A stretch of 64,000 nt of DNA from a virus (taxonomy: Duplodnaviria; Caudoviricetes): the IMG/VR virus record IMGVR_UViG_3300021399_000103, positions 112,420 through 176,419 of that record, one strand, 5' to 3'. The notes beneath the pieces were generated by a model, which saw only the letters and a program-made list of their open reading frames with translations, searched no databases and was not told where the DNA came from. Shown in pieces: positions 21,070 to 31,564 of this stretch. Both the position numbers and the translations under genes were made by a program. Each line of letters begins with the position of its first letter. The first letter of the stretch is position 1.

Positions 21070-22206
21070 TTATTTTAAGAAATCTGGTAATTCATAATCT
21101 GGTAACAATTTGATAATTCTACTCAATTCAGCACCAGAATGAATGAAATCATCGGCATTTAATTTATTTCCAAGAGACTTAAATCCAAAATATGCTAATT
21201 TATGATCTTTAATTGCTTGTGCTACTGGTTTACGCTCGTGAGAGTATTCTTCATATAAACTTCTTACCATAACTAAGAAACGATCAATCTCCCATTTAAG
21301 AGTTTCAATTTGATATTGATAAAATCTAATTTGAGCGCCATAAGCATGATTACTAATATCAACTCTATCCCAGGTATTATCTAAAGCAAGTGAAACTGCG
21401 GTATCTTTAGATAACAAATAAGAGCCATTATTCCAGTCATGATGCGCTGCTAAATACTCTGGTGATTTGATTTTAATACGATGCCAATTTTTATCCACAA
21501 CAACAAAGCCTTCAGCATCAACATGAGAGGCGCAATTATTTAGAGCAGCGGCTGCCTTAATAGCATCTTCAAAAGTTGAAATTGAATATTCTTTTGGTTT
21601 CTGAACACCAATATTAAGATTATATTCGTTGCCAGTAATATTGTTACGAGTTCCAGTATGATATAATTTAATTTCTGGATATTCAACCACAATTTTATTA
21701 TATGGTGAAACTAATTCAAAAATATAAGTATAATCATGAGTTAATGCTTCAAAAGGAATATCTTTATAGTTTTTAGCAGAAACAATTATATCATAAAAAG
21801 TTTTATTAAAACCTTGAACATCGGCATTACGAGCATCAATAACTCCATTAGTTGCCCAGATCCATTCATCATTAAACCAATAGAGTTTAACAATAGAACC
21901 ATCTACTTTTTCTTGAACTCGTGCAGATGCCCAATCAATGTTATCAACATATGATTCATTATGATTACCGAATTTGCGGAAAGGCCAGCAGACAACATCT
22001 AAAGTATCAAGATTGATAATAATACCTCTTGCTTCTTGAACTATTGGATCAGAAAAATCGCAATCAATACTATAATTAAAAATAGCACGATAATCATTAG
22101 GAGCAAACTTGATTTTGATATTTTTTGCTTCAAGTAATTCTTTCCAATCATTTGGATGATTTCTTATGAATTGTACAATTAAAGATTTTTCATTCATTTT
22201 TATCAC
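21070..22206 (-). CDS. T4 Rnl1-like RNA ligase
   Basis: EARG, KFGN, EKVDGS (motif I), FEL, EGFVV (IV), RIKIKS (V). Confidence 0.88.
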   Translation of the reverse strand: MIKMNEKSLIVQFIRNHPNDWKELLEAKNIKIKFAPNDYRAIFNYSIDCDFSDPIVQEARGIIINLDTLDVVCWPFRKFGNHNESYVDNIDWASARVQEKVDGSIVKLYWFNDEWIWATNGVIDARNADVQGFNKTFYDIIVSAKNYKDIPFEALTHDYTYIFELVSPYNKIVVEYPEIKLYHTGTRNNITGNEYNLNIGVQKPKEYSISTFEDAIKAAAALNNCASHVDAEGFVVVDKNWHRIKIKSPEYLAAHHDWNNGSYLLSKDTAVSLALDNTWDRVDISNHAYGAQIRFYQYQIETLKWEIDRFLVMVRSLYEEYSHERKPVAQAIKDHKLAYFGFKSLGNKLNADDFIHSGAELSRIIKLLPDYELPDFLK

Positions 22207-22278
22207 CTCTTTTCCTTTATATAAATATTATATCATATTTTTTATAAAAAATAAAAAAAGGATGGTTTATCACCATCC

Positions 22279-23322
22279 TTAATAATCCATAATTTGTTCT
22301 TTCAGCTGATTGGCACGAAGTGGATTTCTTAATTTCTGCATTGCCTTTGCTTCAATTTGACGGGCACGTTCTCTTGTAACACCAAGAACTTTGCCAATCT
22401 CATCTAAAGTATGTCCAGTTCCATCTTCAAGCCCAAATCGCATTTGAACAACAAGTTTTTCTCTATCAGAAAGAGTTCCGAGTATATCATTAATAGCCTG
22501 TTTTGTGGCATCTCGTCTGACTTTTTCTTCTGGAGTTTCCTGATTTAAGTCTGGAACAATATCTGTCATATCAACATCATCATCTTCCGCAACTGGTTTA
22601 TCAATAGACAGGGGGTTTTTAGATGCGGCAAGGTACATTGCTACTTTCTCAGCGGTTAAACCAGTAGCAGCTCCAATTTCTTCTTCTGTTGGTTCATGTC
22701 CAAGAGTCTGAAGTAATTCGGCTCTTGCTTTAGAAATTTTAGACAATGATTCTACGACATGAACTGGAGTACGAATTGTTCTGCCCTGGTCAGCAATGGC
22801 TCTACTAATCGCCTGGCGCACCCAATATGTAGCATATGTAGAAAACTTAAATCCTTTTGTGTAATCATATTTATCAGCAGCTTTGTATAAACCAAGGTTA
22901 CCTTCTTGAACAAGGTCTAAAAAGCTCAGATTACATTTGCCAACATATTTTCTTGCGATAGAAGCTACTAAGCGAAGATTTGATTCAACTAATTTATTTT
23001 TTGCTTCAGTATCCCCATCGACTACTCGTTTCGCAAGATATAATTCTTGTTCTGGACTAAGTAACGGAATAGTGTGAATTTGACGCATATAAATTTTAGC
23101 TGAATTGCTTACTGAATTAAATTTTAAATCATCATTACTTTCTTCATCAAAATCTGGCAACACAACTTGAATATTAGCTTCATAAAGAGCGTCATATGCT
23201 TTTTCTAATTCTTCATCATCAGAGAAGATTTTTTCAATTTCAGCTTCATCAATTGTGTTATCTTTTGCTTTAGCAATTAATGCTTGAATCTTTTGTTCGA
23301 ATGTCATATTCAACACCTCCAT
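22279..23322 (-). CDS. Phage-encoded primary-type sigma70 factor (SigA/RpoD-like)
   Basis: [51 protein letters not shown]. Confidence 0.93.
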   Translation of the reverse strand: MEVLNMTFEQKIQALIAKAKDNTIDEAEIEKIFSDDEELEKAYDALYEANIQVVLPDFDEESNDDLKFNSVSNSAKIYMRQIHTIPLLSPEQELYLAKRVVDGDTEAKNKLVESNLRLVASIARKYVGKCNLSFLDLVQEGNLGLYKAADKYDYTKGFKFSTYATYWVRQAISRAIADQGRTIRTPVHVVESLSKISKARAELLQTLGHEPTEEEIGAATGLTAEKVAMYLAASKNPLSIDKPVAEDDDVDMTDIVPDLNQETPEEKVRRDATKQAINDILGTLSDREKLVVQMRFGLEDGTGHTLDEIGKVLGVTRERARQIEAKAMQKLRNPLRANQLKEQIMDY

Positions 23323-23365
23323 TTTTTCTTTTCTTTTCTTTATATATATATTATATCATATTTTT

Positions 23366-24160
23366 TTAATTATTCAAAAAAGAATCTTTTTGATAATCAT
23401 TTATTGAATATCCAAAAGGAATAGCTAAATGATATAACATGGTTGCGTTTTCTGGTATATCCCGATCATCGTGATAATGTCCCCAATACCAGTGCTGCCA
23501 AGAAGTACTTGCCGCAATTTTATTCAAGAAATCTTCCATACTATAATCAATTTGTGATTGATCTATTGAAGATAAGAATAAATCATTTATATATTGATGC
23601 CATATATGTGGACAAGTGTGAGATAAAATATAATCATAATGCGGTTTCAAATTATTTAATATATCTATTTGTTCTTTTTCGTTCAACTGCTCTTCTGGAA
23701 ACCAAGACCAATGATTTTGTATCCTGTACCATTTATCAACTGAATATGCTCCAGGTATTACCAATACAGACTTTCCAGCAATTTCATATTCTCCGCCTTG
23801 ATCTAATGCGTATAAAATCCTTGGATGTTTATCTTCATTCCAAACAGTATTGCCAAAGAATTTCTCTTTATGCCAGTCTGATGGGTAATTTTTAGCTAAT
23901 ACAGAAGGACGTTCTTCATGATTCCCCCTAATTACAAAATAAGTTAATGGATAATACTCTATTTTATCTTTAAACTTATCATCTTTTTTATTTAAATAAA
24001 AATTTCCACCAAAATCTCCAAGTATTATTAAAATATTTTCCCTAAAATCTTTAGAGAGTTCATTTTTATGATACATATAGAAATTCCGAATTGGAAGCCA
24101 ATCGCCATGGACATCTCCCATTATCCATATGTTTTTTATTACTTTTTCTCTATCTAACAT
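23366..24160 (-). CDS. Metallophosphoesterase
   Basis: GDVHG, LGDFG, RGNHE, SHTCP, WGHYH. Confidence 0.88.
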   Translation of the reverse strand: MLDREKVIKNIWIMGDVHGDWLPIRNFYMYHKNELSKDFRENILIILGDFGGNFYLNKKDDKFKDKIEYYPLTYFVIRGNHEERPSVLAKNYPSDWHKEKFFGNTVWNEDKHPRILYALDQGGEYEIAGKSVLVIPGAYSVDKWYRIQNHWSWFPEEQLNEKEQIDILNNLKPHYDYILSHTCPHIWHQYINDLFLSSIDQSQIDYSMEDFLNKIAASTSWQHWYWGHYHDDRDIPENATMLYHLAIPFGYSINDYQKDSFLNN

Positions 24161-24948
24161 TATATCACCTCTTTCAGTGAAAGTTGACTTATTAAGGCTG
24201 TATCTATAAAATCTTTACAGCAATCATGCAATAATATCTCAACTTCTTCATTTGGTTCTTCTACATCAATACGTTTAGTATAAGCGTCAATTAATACTTT
24301 AATTGTTTCGATTGAATGATCTGCAATACATTGAAGTGCATTCGCTCCAATTTCATGATTGCGGATTTGCATAATATAATTGCGATCTTCTCCCTGCGGC
24401 CGCAAACATTGCTCATAAGGAAGGTTATTTATATAATTTTTAAGATAGTATTCATATCGCACTAAATTTGCGACTTGTTTACAACTAATCTCTCCTTCTG
24501 GAGTATATAATCTATCATAAGCATTTAGTGCCATACCCTTAACTGTTTTTACCGCAGTCATTTTATCATAACGAACAATATCTTCTTTATATTTTTCTAA
24601 TTCATTCCAAATATTTTTATATCCAGGATTGATAATTTTATAATCTGTATAAAGAATTTCGAGCATATTAAGATTTTGCTTTTTTAATTCAGATAAAGCA
24701 ACTCGAATATCTTTTATGCTTATTTGTTCTTTTGAATCTGGTAATTTAGAAGTAGAACTATCTCCTTTTTTATTTTTGTAAATGTCTTCTAAACTTGGTA
24801 CAATTAACAGTTTTGTATCAACATCAGAAGTTTCTAAGGCAGTTCCATAATTTTGACTGCCAGCCAAAAATATACCAATAATTCTATCTTCATCAACTTT
24901 GGTTTTTGCGTGTTGATAATGTGCGTTTAAGCGTTCCACCACGGACAT
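24160..24948 (-). CDS. Pol-beta-superfamily nucleotidyltransferase
   Basis: GSQNYGTALETSDVD; KQNLNMLEILYT. Confidence 0.8.
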   Translation of the reverse strand: MSVVERLNAHYQHAKTKVDEDRIIGIFLAGSQNYGTALETSDVDTKLLIVPSLEDIYKNKKGDSSTSKLPDSKEQISIKDIRVALSELKKQNLNMLEILYTDYKIINPGYKNIWNELEKYKEDIVRYDKMTAVKTVKGMALNAYDRLYTPEGEISCKQVANLVRYEYYLKNYINNLPYEQCLRPQGEDRNYIMQIRNHEIGANALQCIADHSIETIKVLIDAYTKRIDVEEPNEEVEILLHDCCKDFIDTALISQLSLKEVI

Positions 24949-25226
24949 CTTGGATCATCTCCTCCCGATACTTCAATTTCAGCATTTTTAATTGCTTTTG
25001 CATATAAATCTTTTGAATATATAATTTCAGTTCTATAATGAATATAAGAGCTAATTGGATTTTTATATAATAACATAACTGAATACGCATATTCTTTTGG
25101 AATATCTTCTTCCTTTATTTTCCCCTCTTGTTTCAAAAAATAAAAAGAAGTTATATTATAGCATTTTTCATAATCTAAATCATATTTTTCAGATGCTAAT
25201 AAAGCAATTTCTTTGACTTTATCCAT
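24927..25226 (-). CDS. Hypothetical protein
   Basis: ORF with promoter and RBS. Confidence 0.5.
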   Translation of the reverse strand: MDKVKEIALLASEKYDLDYEKCYNITSFYFLKQEGKIKEEDIPKEYAYSVMLLYKNPISSYIHYRTEIIYSKDLYAKAIKNAEIEVSGGDDPRCPWWNA

Positions 25227-25308
25227 AATACCTCTCCTTTCTTTTATATATTATATCATATTTTTTATATAAAATAAAAAAATCCCTGATTTAACCAGGG
25301 ATTTTTTA

Positions 25309-25686
25309 TTATACATTTACTTCTTCTGGATTTGTTAGATTCCTAACAATATTTTCTAATTCAATAATTCTGCCTTCTAATGAATCCACTTTATTTTGAA
25401 GAGCATCAATAATTGCGCTTGGGCTAATTGCGTCAGTAATGACATAGATTTGAGGTTCTGTATCTACTCTAATTTCCATGCTGCGCAATAGTGTATAATT
25501 AGAAAAATCTCCAAGTTTTAAATCATCTTCATAAATAGCTACTGGCCCAGTTTGAATATCTGTTTTTAATTTATTTAAATCGTAAGAAGTATTTTCATTG
25601 TTAATGAATAAATGTAAACGTCCATTTTGTTCCGTGTAGTAGCTATTTAAAATATATTCAGTTTCATTAATAATCGCTTTACGCAT
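25309..25686 (-). CDS. Hypothetical protein with C-terminal coiled coil
   Basis: RBS; ends in a terminator. Confidence 0.55.
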   Translation of the reverse strand: MRKAIINETEYILNSYYTEQNGRLHLFINNENTSYDLNKLKTDIQTGPVAIYEDDLKLGDFSNYTLLRSMEIRVDTEPQIYVITDAISPSAIIDALQNKVDSLEGRIIELENIVRNLTNPEEVNV

Positions 25687-25778
25687 ATTTTTATCTCCTT
25701 CGCATTTTTATTTATGTTTTGCCATAAAATTATTTAAAATAATATTAAATAATTTTATTAAAATTGTCCAAAATTATA

Positions 25779-27317
25779 TTATTTTACTATTTCATATCGT
25801 GGAGAGTCAAGCTTCGCCATCATCAAGTCATAGCCAGTCTTGCCAGTAGCAATTGTCTGATAGATAGATGGACTCATGCCAGAGACAAATGAAGCACCTT
25901 CTCCAATCATTGGGATATTATTTTGACGAGCATCTACGTTCCAGAATACAAGGTTTGGAATCTTATATCCATACTTTTCCCATTCAATAGCAATCTTTTC
26001 AAGCTCCGTATTAATAGTTGCTTTTGAGAAAGTAGGAAACTCTGTTTTTGAGTATGAATACCAACCAGGCCGAGCGCAACTATCAAATTCCATATCACTA
26101 ATGATAATGATATTTTCTGGGATATCTGCTTGAGCACAGTTATTCTTAATAGCAGTATTAAGAATAAGGTCAAAGACACCTTTAATATTAGTGTTTTCAC
26201 AAATATTCTTAGAGTAAATTCTCTTAACCTTATCAACAAAGTCAACACCTTCAATCTCAATCAACTGTGGATCATGAGAGAAAGTAATGAAGTGATTATG
26301 ATAAGGGCCTTTTGCTTTTTCCGCACAGCACAAACCAAGAGAAATAGCGATGTTCATTGGCTGATTTTTGTCTCCATAATGAAGCATTGAAGCGGAAGTA
26401 TCTACAACTGCGATACCATTAAACTTAAAATCATCAAATGATTCCAAATAATTATCCCAATACTTATTAACTATAGTACGGTCAAAGGTATCAGCCTTAT
26501 TATATGAGTATTTGGTAATATTAATGGCTTCACCAACAATCTCATATGGATAAAGGTCTTTTGCGTTTACTCTCTTGGTTTCATCCTGGATAAATTCCTT
26601 ATAAGACTGGATATTCTTATTCTGCATCATGCGCTCAACATCATGACGAGCAAACGCATTTTTGTAGATAAAACCAGCTTTCGAAGGGATTTTATCAAAT
26701 TCAATTTCGCTCCAACGACCAGCAGACATAAGTCTTTCAAGAACATTGATGCGCTCACGAAGGATAGATAATGTCTTACGATACTGACGTGGAGTCATAT
26801 GCATCTGGACTCTTGTATGTCTACCCAGGCGCTTACTTTCCTTTGATGAAGTATTTTCTGATTTCATCCACTTTGCTAAAAGTGAAGGAGTTTTAGACTG
26901 AGTGTCAAGAACAAGCTGATGCTTCATAAACTTCCACATATCATCTTCAACTTGAGTCCCAATAAGTGCGTAAAGGTCGTCCCAGCGTCCATATTCAGGA
27001 ATGTTCTTGATATTTCTACGCATTGCTTCTGGATCCTGCTTAGCGAGATCAGTTAAGCAAAGGCGGAAGAAGCGTCTTTCTCCCTGGCCGCCACGAATGT
27101 CGCGGATATAGAAAAGACACTTTAAGGCATAAGTAGGATTTTCCACATATGCCTTACGGAACATTAAAATAACATCTTCGTCAGAGCGATTACGCATTGC
27201 CGCCCCCATAGCAAACATATCTAAAAGATCACTTTTGGTTGTCTTATGAGTGATGCCACCATTTTCGGTATAAGTGAAATTGGTTTCATCTTTAAGGGCA
27301 TTTAAAAATGTAGTCAT
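25779..27317 (-). CDS. DUF2828-type helical + vWA protein (Ro60/TROVE-like architecture)
   Basis: TENG, RDIRGGQGER, YGRWDDL, LAKW; vWA MIDAS VDTSASM...ISDMEFD, VFWNV; Ro60 likeness is inference. Confidence 0.8.
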   Translation of the reverse strand: MTTFLNALKDETNFTYTENGGITHKTTKSDLLDMFAMGAAMRNRSDEDVILMFRKAYVENPTYALKCLFYIRDIRGGQGERRFFRLCLTDLAKQDPEAMRRNIKNIPEYGRWDDLYALIGTQVEDDMWKFMKHQLVLDTQSKTPSLLAKWMKSENTSSKESKRLGRHTRVQMHMTPRQYRKTLSILRERINVLERLMSAGRWSEIEFDKIPSKAGFIYKNAFARHDVERMMQNKNIQSYKEFIQDETKRVNAKDLYPYEIVGEAINITKYSYNKADTFDRTIVNKYWDNYLESFDDFKFNGIAVVDTSASMLHYGDKNQPMNIAISLGLCCAEKAKGPYHNHFITFSHDPQLIEIEGVDFVDKVKRIYSKNICENTNIKGVFDLILNTAIKNNCAQADIPENIIIISDMEFDSCARPGWYSYSKTEFPTFSKATINTELEKIAIEWEKYGYKIPNLVFWNVDARQNNIPMIGEGASFVSGMSPSIYQTIATGKTGYDLMMAKLDSPRYEIVK

Positions 27318-27334
27318 TTCCTTTTTCTCCTTTC

Positions 27335-27400
27335 AAGACCCTAAGTCTATTATTGAAAAAATGGCACAATCCATAAACTAGAAATTGCTGTTAGGGTCTT
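27335..27400 (-). promoter_or_regulatory. CAGCAA-helix element A: structured 5' leader of the DUF2828 gene
   Basis: AAGACCCTAA-CAGCAA...TTAGGGTCTT perfect 10-bp helix ending just before the SD AAGGAG. Confidence 0.75.
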
Positions 27401-27433
27401 TTTTATTACATTATTATTATATCATAATTTTTA

Positions 27434-27868
27434 TTATTTTTCAAGTATTTGTAAATATTTGTAAATAGTACTTCTACTACAATTTAGCTTTCTTGCAGCT
27501 TCAGTTTTTGTTATTTCATTGTTTTTTATTTTATTAAGATAATCAAAAAATTGATCTGGAATATCTTCTAAAGTAGTTTTCTTTCTTCCGCCTGTATAAG
27601 TACCTGATTCTTTTTGTTTCTTTATTGCTGCTTTTATTAGTTCTGAATGAGAAATATGATTGTCTTCACTTATTCCATGATGTAGTATATTATGACATTC
27701 TGTACATATAGGAACTATATTTGTAATAATATCTTTACCCCCTAAACTAATAGGTACTATATGGTGATATATTATTAAATCATGACATTCTTTTCCGCAA
27801 TTACAACATTTTGTTCCAAGTTGATCAATTAATATTGTTCTATTAATTTGTGAACTTTTTCTGCTCAT
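27434..27868 (-). CDS. HNH endonuclease with C-terminal HTH
   Basis: CCNC, HHIVPISLGG, CTECHNILH, TKTEAARKLNCSRSTIYKY. Confidence 0.85.
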   Translation of the reverse strand: MSRKSSQINRTILIDQLGTKCCNCGKECHDLIIYHHIVPISLGGKDIITNIVPICTECHNILHHGISEDNHISHSELIKAAIKKQKESGTYTGGRKKTTLEDIPDQFFDYLNKIKNNEITKTEAARKLNCSRSTIYKYLQILEK

Positions 27869-27987
27869 TTAAAGATACTCTCCTTTTTATTTTTATTTCT
27901 AAGCTTATAATTTTTATCAAAAATTTTCCATATGCGATTCTTTGGCGGCAACGGCCGTTCGCGTGGGTTACCAGCAAAACTTTCCCC

Positions 27988-28395
27988 TTATGCGCGAGTT
28001 AAAATTAACCAGTGAAGTTTATTTATAAAGATTTTTTTATCATCCACAGAAAACTCCGCATAATCATTTTTTATATTACTAATGCTAATTGTAGTTCCAT
28101 AGAAAATAAATAAAGGTTCATCCGCACAAGAAGATATTAAAAGTATTTTTTTATTTTCTTTATAGTATGATTGAATCCAAGATTTAGCAAAATTAAAATC
28201 ATCTGTATTTGCGGTAACTCGCCCCACTTCAGTATCATAAGCAATAAATGAATTGCCGCAAATGGTAAGTGTTTGTTTTGCCGCATTAATAGTAATCCAG
28301 TAGGGTTCTCTTTGAGCGACATTAAACTTAGGTTCATTAAAATTAAATTCTAATAATTTTTCATTTTTATTTGTAAATGTTTCTAATCTAATCAT
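27988..28395 (-). CDS. Hypothetical protein
   Basis: ATG right after promoter (leaderless-like). Confidence 0.5.
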   Translation of the reverse strand: MIRLETFTNKNEKLLEFNFNEPKFNVAQREPYWITINAAKQTLTICGNSFIAYDTEVGRVTANTDDFNFAKSWIQSYYKENKKILLISSCADEPLFIFYGTTISISNIKNDYAEFSVDDKKIFINKLHWLILTRA

Positions 28396-28426
28396 AATTA
28401 TATTATAACATATTTTTTAAAAAAAG

Positions 28427-28452
28427 AAAAGGCGAAGTAAAAACTTCGCCTT
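28427..28452 (-). terminator. Intrinsic terminator ending a tRNA/ncRNA transcript
   Basis: AAGGCGAAGT/ACTTCGCCTT hairpin plus U-tract. Confidence 0.75.
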
Positions 28453-28454
28453 GG

Positions 28455-28693
28455 TGTTGGTGGTGATGCTCTACTTTCAAGTATCGGGACTGCCCATTAT
28501 TTTATACCGCGGGCACAGCACGGACTCCGGAGAACCACCATGTCCGGTAGGTTTATACCCTTTTTGAATAGAGATTCAAGAAATACCTTCTAGTTAATAA
28601 AGAAATTTCAGGTTGGGCATCACGCCCCTTATCATATAAGTTTGACCTAGGAATTCTTATATGATCGCAGTTATTCGTCTATTCTCTGCGCGT
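28455..28693 (-). ncRNA. Unassigned structured RNA between tRNA-Thr and terminator
   Basis: No ORF; helices CGCAG/CTGCG, ATCATATAAG/CTTATATGAT, GTGATGC/GCATCAC, TGCCC/GGGCA. Confidence 0.45.
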
Positions 28694-28695
28694 CG

Positions 28696-28766
28696 TGCCG
28701 GATGACGGAATCGAACCGCCCTCAGAGGTTTACAAGACCACTGTAATACCGATATACTAATCCGGC
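28696..28766 (-). tRNA. tRNA-Thr(UGU)
   Basis: Cloverleaf; loop CTTGTAA; T-loop TTCGATT. Confidence 0.88.
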
Positions 28767-28773
28767 AGAAATC

Positions 28774-28890
28774 AAGACACCTTTTACTGTGCTTTACCAT
28801 TTAGCTACTCCCCCATAACAGTGGGGGAGACAAGATTCGAACTTGTAATCTCAGGGTCCAAAACCGAGAGTTAATTGCTGAAAGTGTCTT
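28774..28890 (-). ncRNA. CAGCAA-helix element B: circularly permuted tRNA mimic (Y RNA/YrlA-like)
   Basis: AAGACACTTT-CAGCAA; T-arm ACAAG-TTCGAAT-CTTGT, closed acceptor CTCCCCCA/TGGGGGAG, D-arm GCTAAATGGTAAAGC; closed by GTGTCTT. Confidence 0.8.
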
Positions 28891-28894
28891 TAAG

Positions 28895-28968
28895 TGACGA
28901 TACGGAGATTCGAACTCACGATTTCCACCTTGAGAGGGTAGCGAACTAAACCATTATTCGATATCGCC
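28895..28968 (-). tRNA. tRNA-Glu(CUC)
   Basis: Loop CTCTCAA. Confidence 0.85.
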
Positions 28969-28973
28969 AGAAG

Positions 28974-29046
28974 TACTGCCAACGGGACTCGAACCCGTAT
29001 TGCAACCTTGAAAGGGTTGTGAACTAACCTCTTATTCGATGACAGC
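28974..29046 (-). tRNA. tRNA-Glu(UUC)
   Basis: Loop CTTTCAA. Confidence 0.9.
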
Positions 29047-29053
29047 ATATTTC

Positions 29054-29157
29054 AAGTCGCTTTTGTTTTGGAGTGGAATTGAACCACCAATAGACAGTTT
29101 GGAATACTGTTGCCTTAACCTTTTGGCTACCATCAGATTTTTTGCTGTAAGCGACTT
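29054..29157 (-). ncRNA. CAGCAA-helix element C: D, anticodon (UCC) and T arms inside the helix, without a full acceptor stem
   Basis: AAGTCGCTT...AAGCGACTT; D GCCAAAAGGTTAAGGC; ACAGT-ATTCCAA-ACTGT; GTGG-TTCAATT-CCAC. Confidence 0.78.
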
Positions 29158-29160
29158 AAG

Positions 29161-29234
29161 CGGTCCCGACGGGATTCGAACCCGCAACCCTCGCCGTGAC
29201 AGGGCGATACGCTAACCAGTTGCGCCACGAGACC
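29161..29234 (-). tRNA. tRNA-Asp(GUC)
   Basis: Loop CTGTCAC. Confidence 0.92.
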
Positions 29235-29239
29235 ATAAC

Positions 29240-29315
29240 AAGACAGATATTTTTTATATGATTTTAGTTCAAAAGTCTAATCCAGTATAATTTTCAATAT
29301 TGCTGTATCTGTCTT
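29240..29315 (-). ncRNA. CAGCAA-helix element D: minimal, with anticodon-like hairpin
   Basis: AAGACAGATA-CAGCAA...TTAG-ACTTTTGAA-CTAA...TATCTGTCTT perfect 10-bp helix. Confidence 0.72.
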
Positions 29316-29319
29316 TAAG

Positions 29320-29393
29320 TGCGAATGGAGTGATTCGAACACTCGACCCCAGCGTTATCAGCACTGTGCTCTAGCCTACTGAGCTACACTCGC
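29320..29393 (-). tRNA. tRNA-Ile(GAU)
   Basis: Loop CTGATAA. Confidence 0.92.
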
Positions 29394-29756
29394 ATATATC
29401 GGCATCCATTGCCATTATATAGAAAGTTTCATCGTCAATGTAATCCTCATCAATTAAAATACCTTCATCCATTAAGTATTGATATAATGCTTCACACATA
29501 ATTTTTACTCCTTTCTTTATTTACATATATATTATAACATTTATTTTTTAATTTTTCAAATAAAGATTATCGAGTGGGTTGCAACGATGTTTTATTAATG
29601 GAGGTTCTCTCCTCTCAGTGTCCCAACTTCTTATTATCTTCTTCGATAATCACTACGAAGCACAACCTCCGCGCGCAGAGTGTCTTACCCTGGAGTTCCC
29701 TCGCTTTGCCGGCTATCCACCAATTATTACTTGGTTCGAGGTGGTGGGATTAAATC

Positions 29757-30353
29757 TTACGGCCACTCGACCAAGTGGAGGCCAAACTGTTTACCATTGT
29801 TTAGCTCTGATCCTATTTCTGTACAATATGCAACCTGACCACCAACAGATGTAAGATCTCTAAATAAGTCACCAGCAATATCCTGATAAAGAGTACTGAT
29901 AATGCCATGTGCATCATTAAGGTTATCATTAAAGAACTGAACAACTTCCTTCTTGAAAACAACATAGGTAAAATCAATATATCTATATCCTTCCTGCGCA
30001 GGAGCTACACAATAGCAGAATGCGGGGTTTCCTTTAAAAGCAGTTTCGAATAATTCTTTGTTAGAAGCAAAAGCCAAGTTAGGAAGCTTTTTTCCACATT
30101 CTACACCAATTTCTAGATCAACATTACCATAATTAATCTTTTCTGGGAGCAACTTACGAATAGCTACAGCCTTTTCTGGATTGTTAGTAGAAAGTACGAT
30201 AGATGGTTCGCCTGTCCAAGTTATATTACAAGCGATTTGAGGATCTCCGTCAAACATTGCCCGGATTTCATTAATGCAAGTAATCCAAGGAGGTGAAATC
30301 TTAAGTCTTACACCAGTCGAACTGTTTACATTGGATAAAAAAATTCTTGTCAT
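29757..30353 (-). CDS. Conserved phage hypothetical protein
   Basis: ISPPW...FKGNP...YVVFKKEVVQFFNDNLND; RBS and promoter. Confidence 0.65.
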   Translation of the reverse strand: MTRIFLSNVNSSTGVRLKISPPWITCINEIRAMFDGDPQIACNITWTGEPSIVLSTNNPEKAVAIRKLLPEKINYGNVDLEIGVECGKKLPNLAFASNKELFETAFKGNPAFCYCVAPAQEGYRYIDFTYVVFKKEVVQFFNDNLNDAHGIISTLYQDIAGDLFRDLTSVGGQVAYCTEIGSELNNGKQFGLHLVEWP

Positions 30354-30413
30354 TTATCTTTTCTCCTTATTTTTTACATATATATTATAACATTTATTTT
30401 TTTGAAAATCAAT

Positions 30414-30926
30414 TTATTTTGAGTATTTATCGGCAATTGTAGAAGCAGCATATGAGTTAGGTTTGATTTCATAATCATATCCCACTGCGCGCACCCATCC
30501 TTCTAACTCTTGGATATATTTACTTGTTGGGCCATTTTTACCAACATCCATATGAATTGATAAATGGATATGAGAGTTTTCTTTTTGAATATCAAGACCT
30601 TTATTTTTCAATTTTTCAATTAAGATTTCCGCAGCATCTAAAGAAGCTTGAGTTTCTTCATATAACTTTTGGTGTAATTGATTATTTTTATACGCCTTAT
30701 GATATTTAGAATGTAAGAAGAAAATACCACCATTATACAATCTATGAAGTGTAATAGATAAAACTACCTTGGTTTCAGAACAAGTTTGAGAATCTGTTCC
30801 AATGGCTAAAATATAATCTTTTTCTGGATCTTTATCTATATAATCTATAATTTTATCCGCAACCATATCAAAAGTGATATCTCCTTGTGATAGATTGCGG
30901 AATAAGATATCTTCTGTTATATTCAT
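30414..30926 (-). CDS. YkuK-family RNase H-like protein
   Basis: IGTDSQ, GGIFF, YEET, IHMDVG, IKPNSYAASTIADKYSK. Confidence 0.85.
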   Translation of the reverse strand: MNITEDILFRNLSQGDITFDMVADKIIDYIDKDPEKDYILAIGTDSQTCSETKVVLSITLHRLYNGGIFFLHSKYHKAYKNNQLHQKLYEETQASLDAAEILIEKLKNKGLDIQKENSHIHLSIHMDVGKNGPTSKYIQELEGWVRAVGYDYEIKPNSYAASTIADKYSK

Positions 30927-30951
30927 ATCAAACTCCTTTTCATATAAAAAG

Positions 30952-31027
30952 CCTCCTCTATAGGATTCGAACCTATGCGAAACCTGGTTTCGTAGACCAG
31001 TGCTCTGTCCATCTGAGCTAAGAGGAG
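30952..31027 (-). tRNA. tRNA-Arg(ACG)
   Basis: Loop CTACGAA. Confidence 0.9.
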
Positions 31028-31032
31028 AAAAG

Positions 31033-31104
31033 TCGTCCCAGTAGGATTCGAACCTACAGCCTTGACTTTGTAAGAGTCACAATCTCCCGTTGATATATGG
31101 GACG
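31033..31104 (-). tRNA. tRNA-Val(UAC)
   Basis: Loop CTTACAA. Confidence 0.85.
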
Positions 31105-31109
31105 ATAAG

Positions 31110-31183
31110 TAGCAGAAGTGGGAGTCGAACCCACACTCTATCGGGTATGAACCGATTGCTTTTGCCAGTTAAGCTATTCTGCT
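31110..31183 (-). tRNA. tRNA-Met(CAU), elongator (or Ile2)
   Basis: Loop TTCATAC. Confidence 0.85.
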
Positions 31184-31562
31184 AACGAAACATAATTTTC
31201 CAAGTAATAATAATTTGAATTAAATGGAAAAGTTGATCTTGCCATAAATTAATTTTGAACTTATTTGCTTTTAGATCATCTATGAGCGCATGAATAATGG
31301 TGTTAATTAATACCATTATTACAATAGTAATATGCCAATCTGTATTTGTAAATAAACACCAAGCTAACATTGGCATTAACATCATACAAGACCATTCAAA
31401 AGCGTGTTCAATTAATGCGGGAATGTAATCATATTTATAAAGTGGATTTGTTGTATTTTCCTCCCACCACTTTTTCTGCTTCATTGAAGCCAAAATACCT
31501 TGCATTCCATAATCTTCTATAATGTGGCAAAAAATCATTCCTAATAATATAATATATTTCAT
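31182..31562 (-). CDS. DUF3307-like membrane protein
   Basis: HIIEDY.MQ, HAFEW, HALID, DQLFH; hydrophobic. Confidence 0.7.
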   Translation of the reverse strand: MKYIILLGMIFCHIIEDYGMQGILASMKQKKWWEENTTNPLYKYDYIPALIEHAFEWSCMMLMPMLAWCLFTNTDWHITIVIMVLINTIIHALIDDLKANKFKINLWQDQLFHLIQIIITWKIMFR

Positions 31563-31564
31563 AG

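Noticed and set aside
29660-29725. RNase P RNA (GAGGGAACTCC resembles GAGGAAAGTCC)
   Set aside because: No 3' P2/P4 partner strands found
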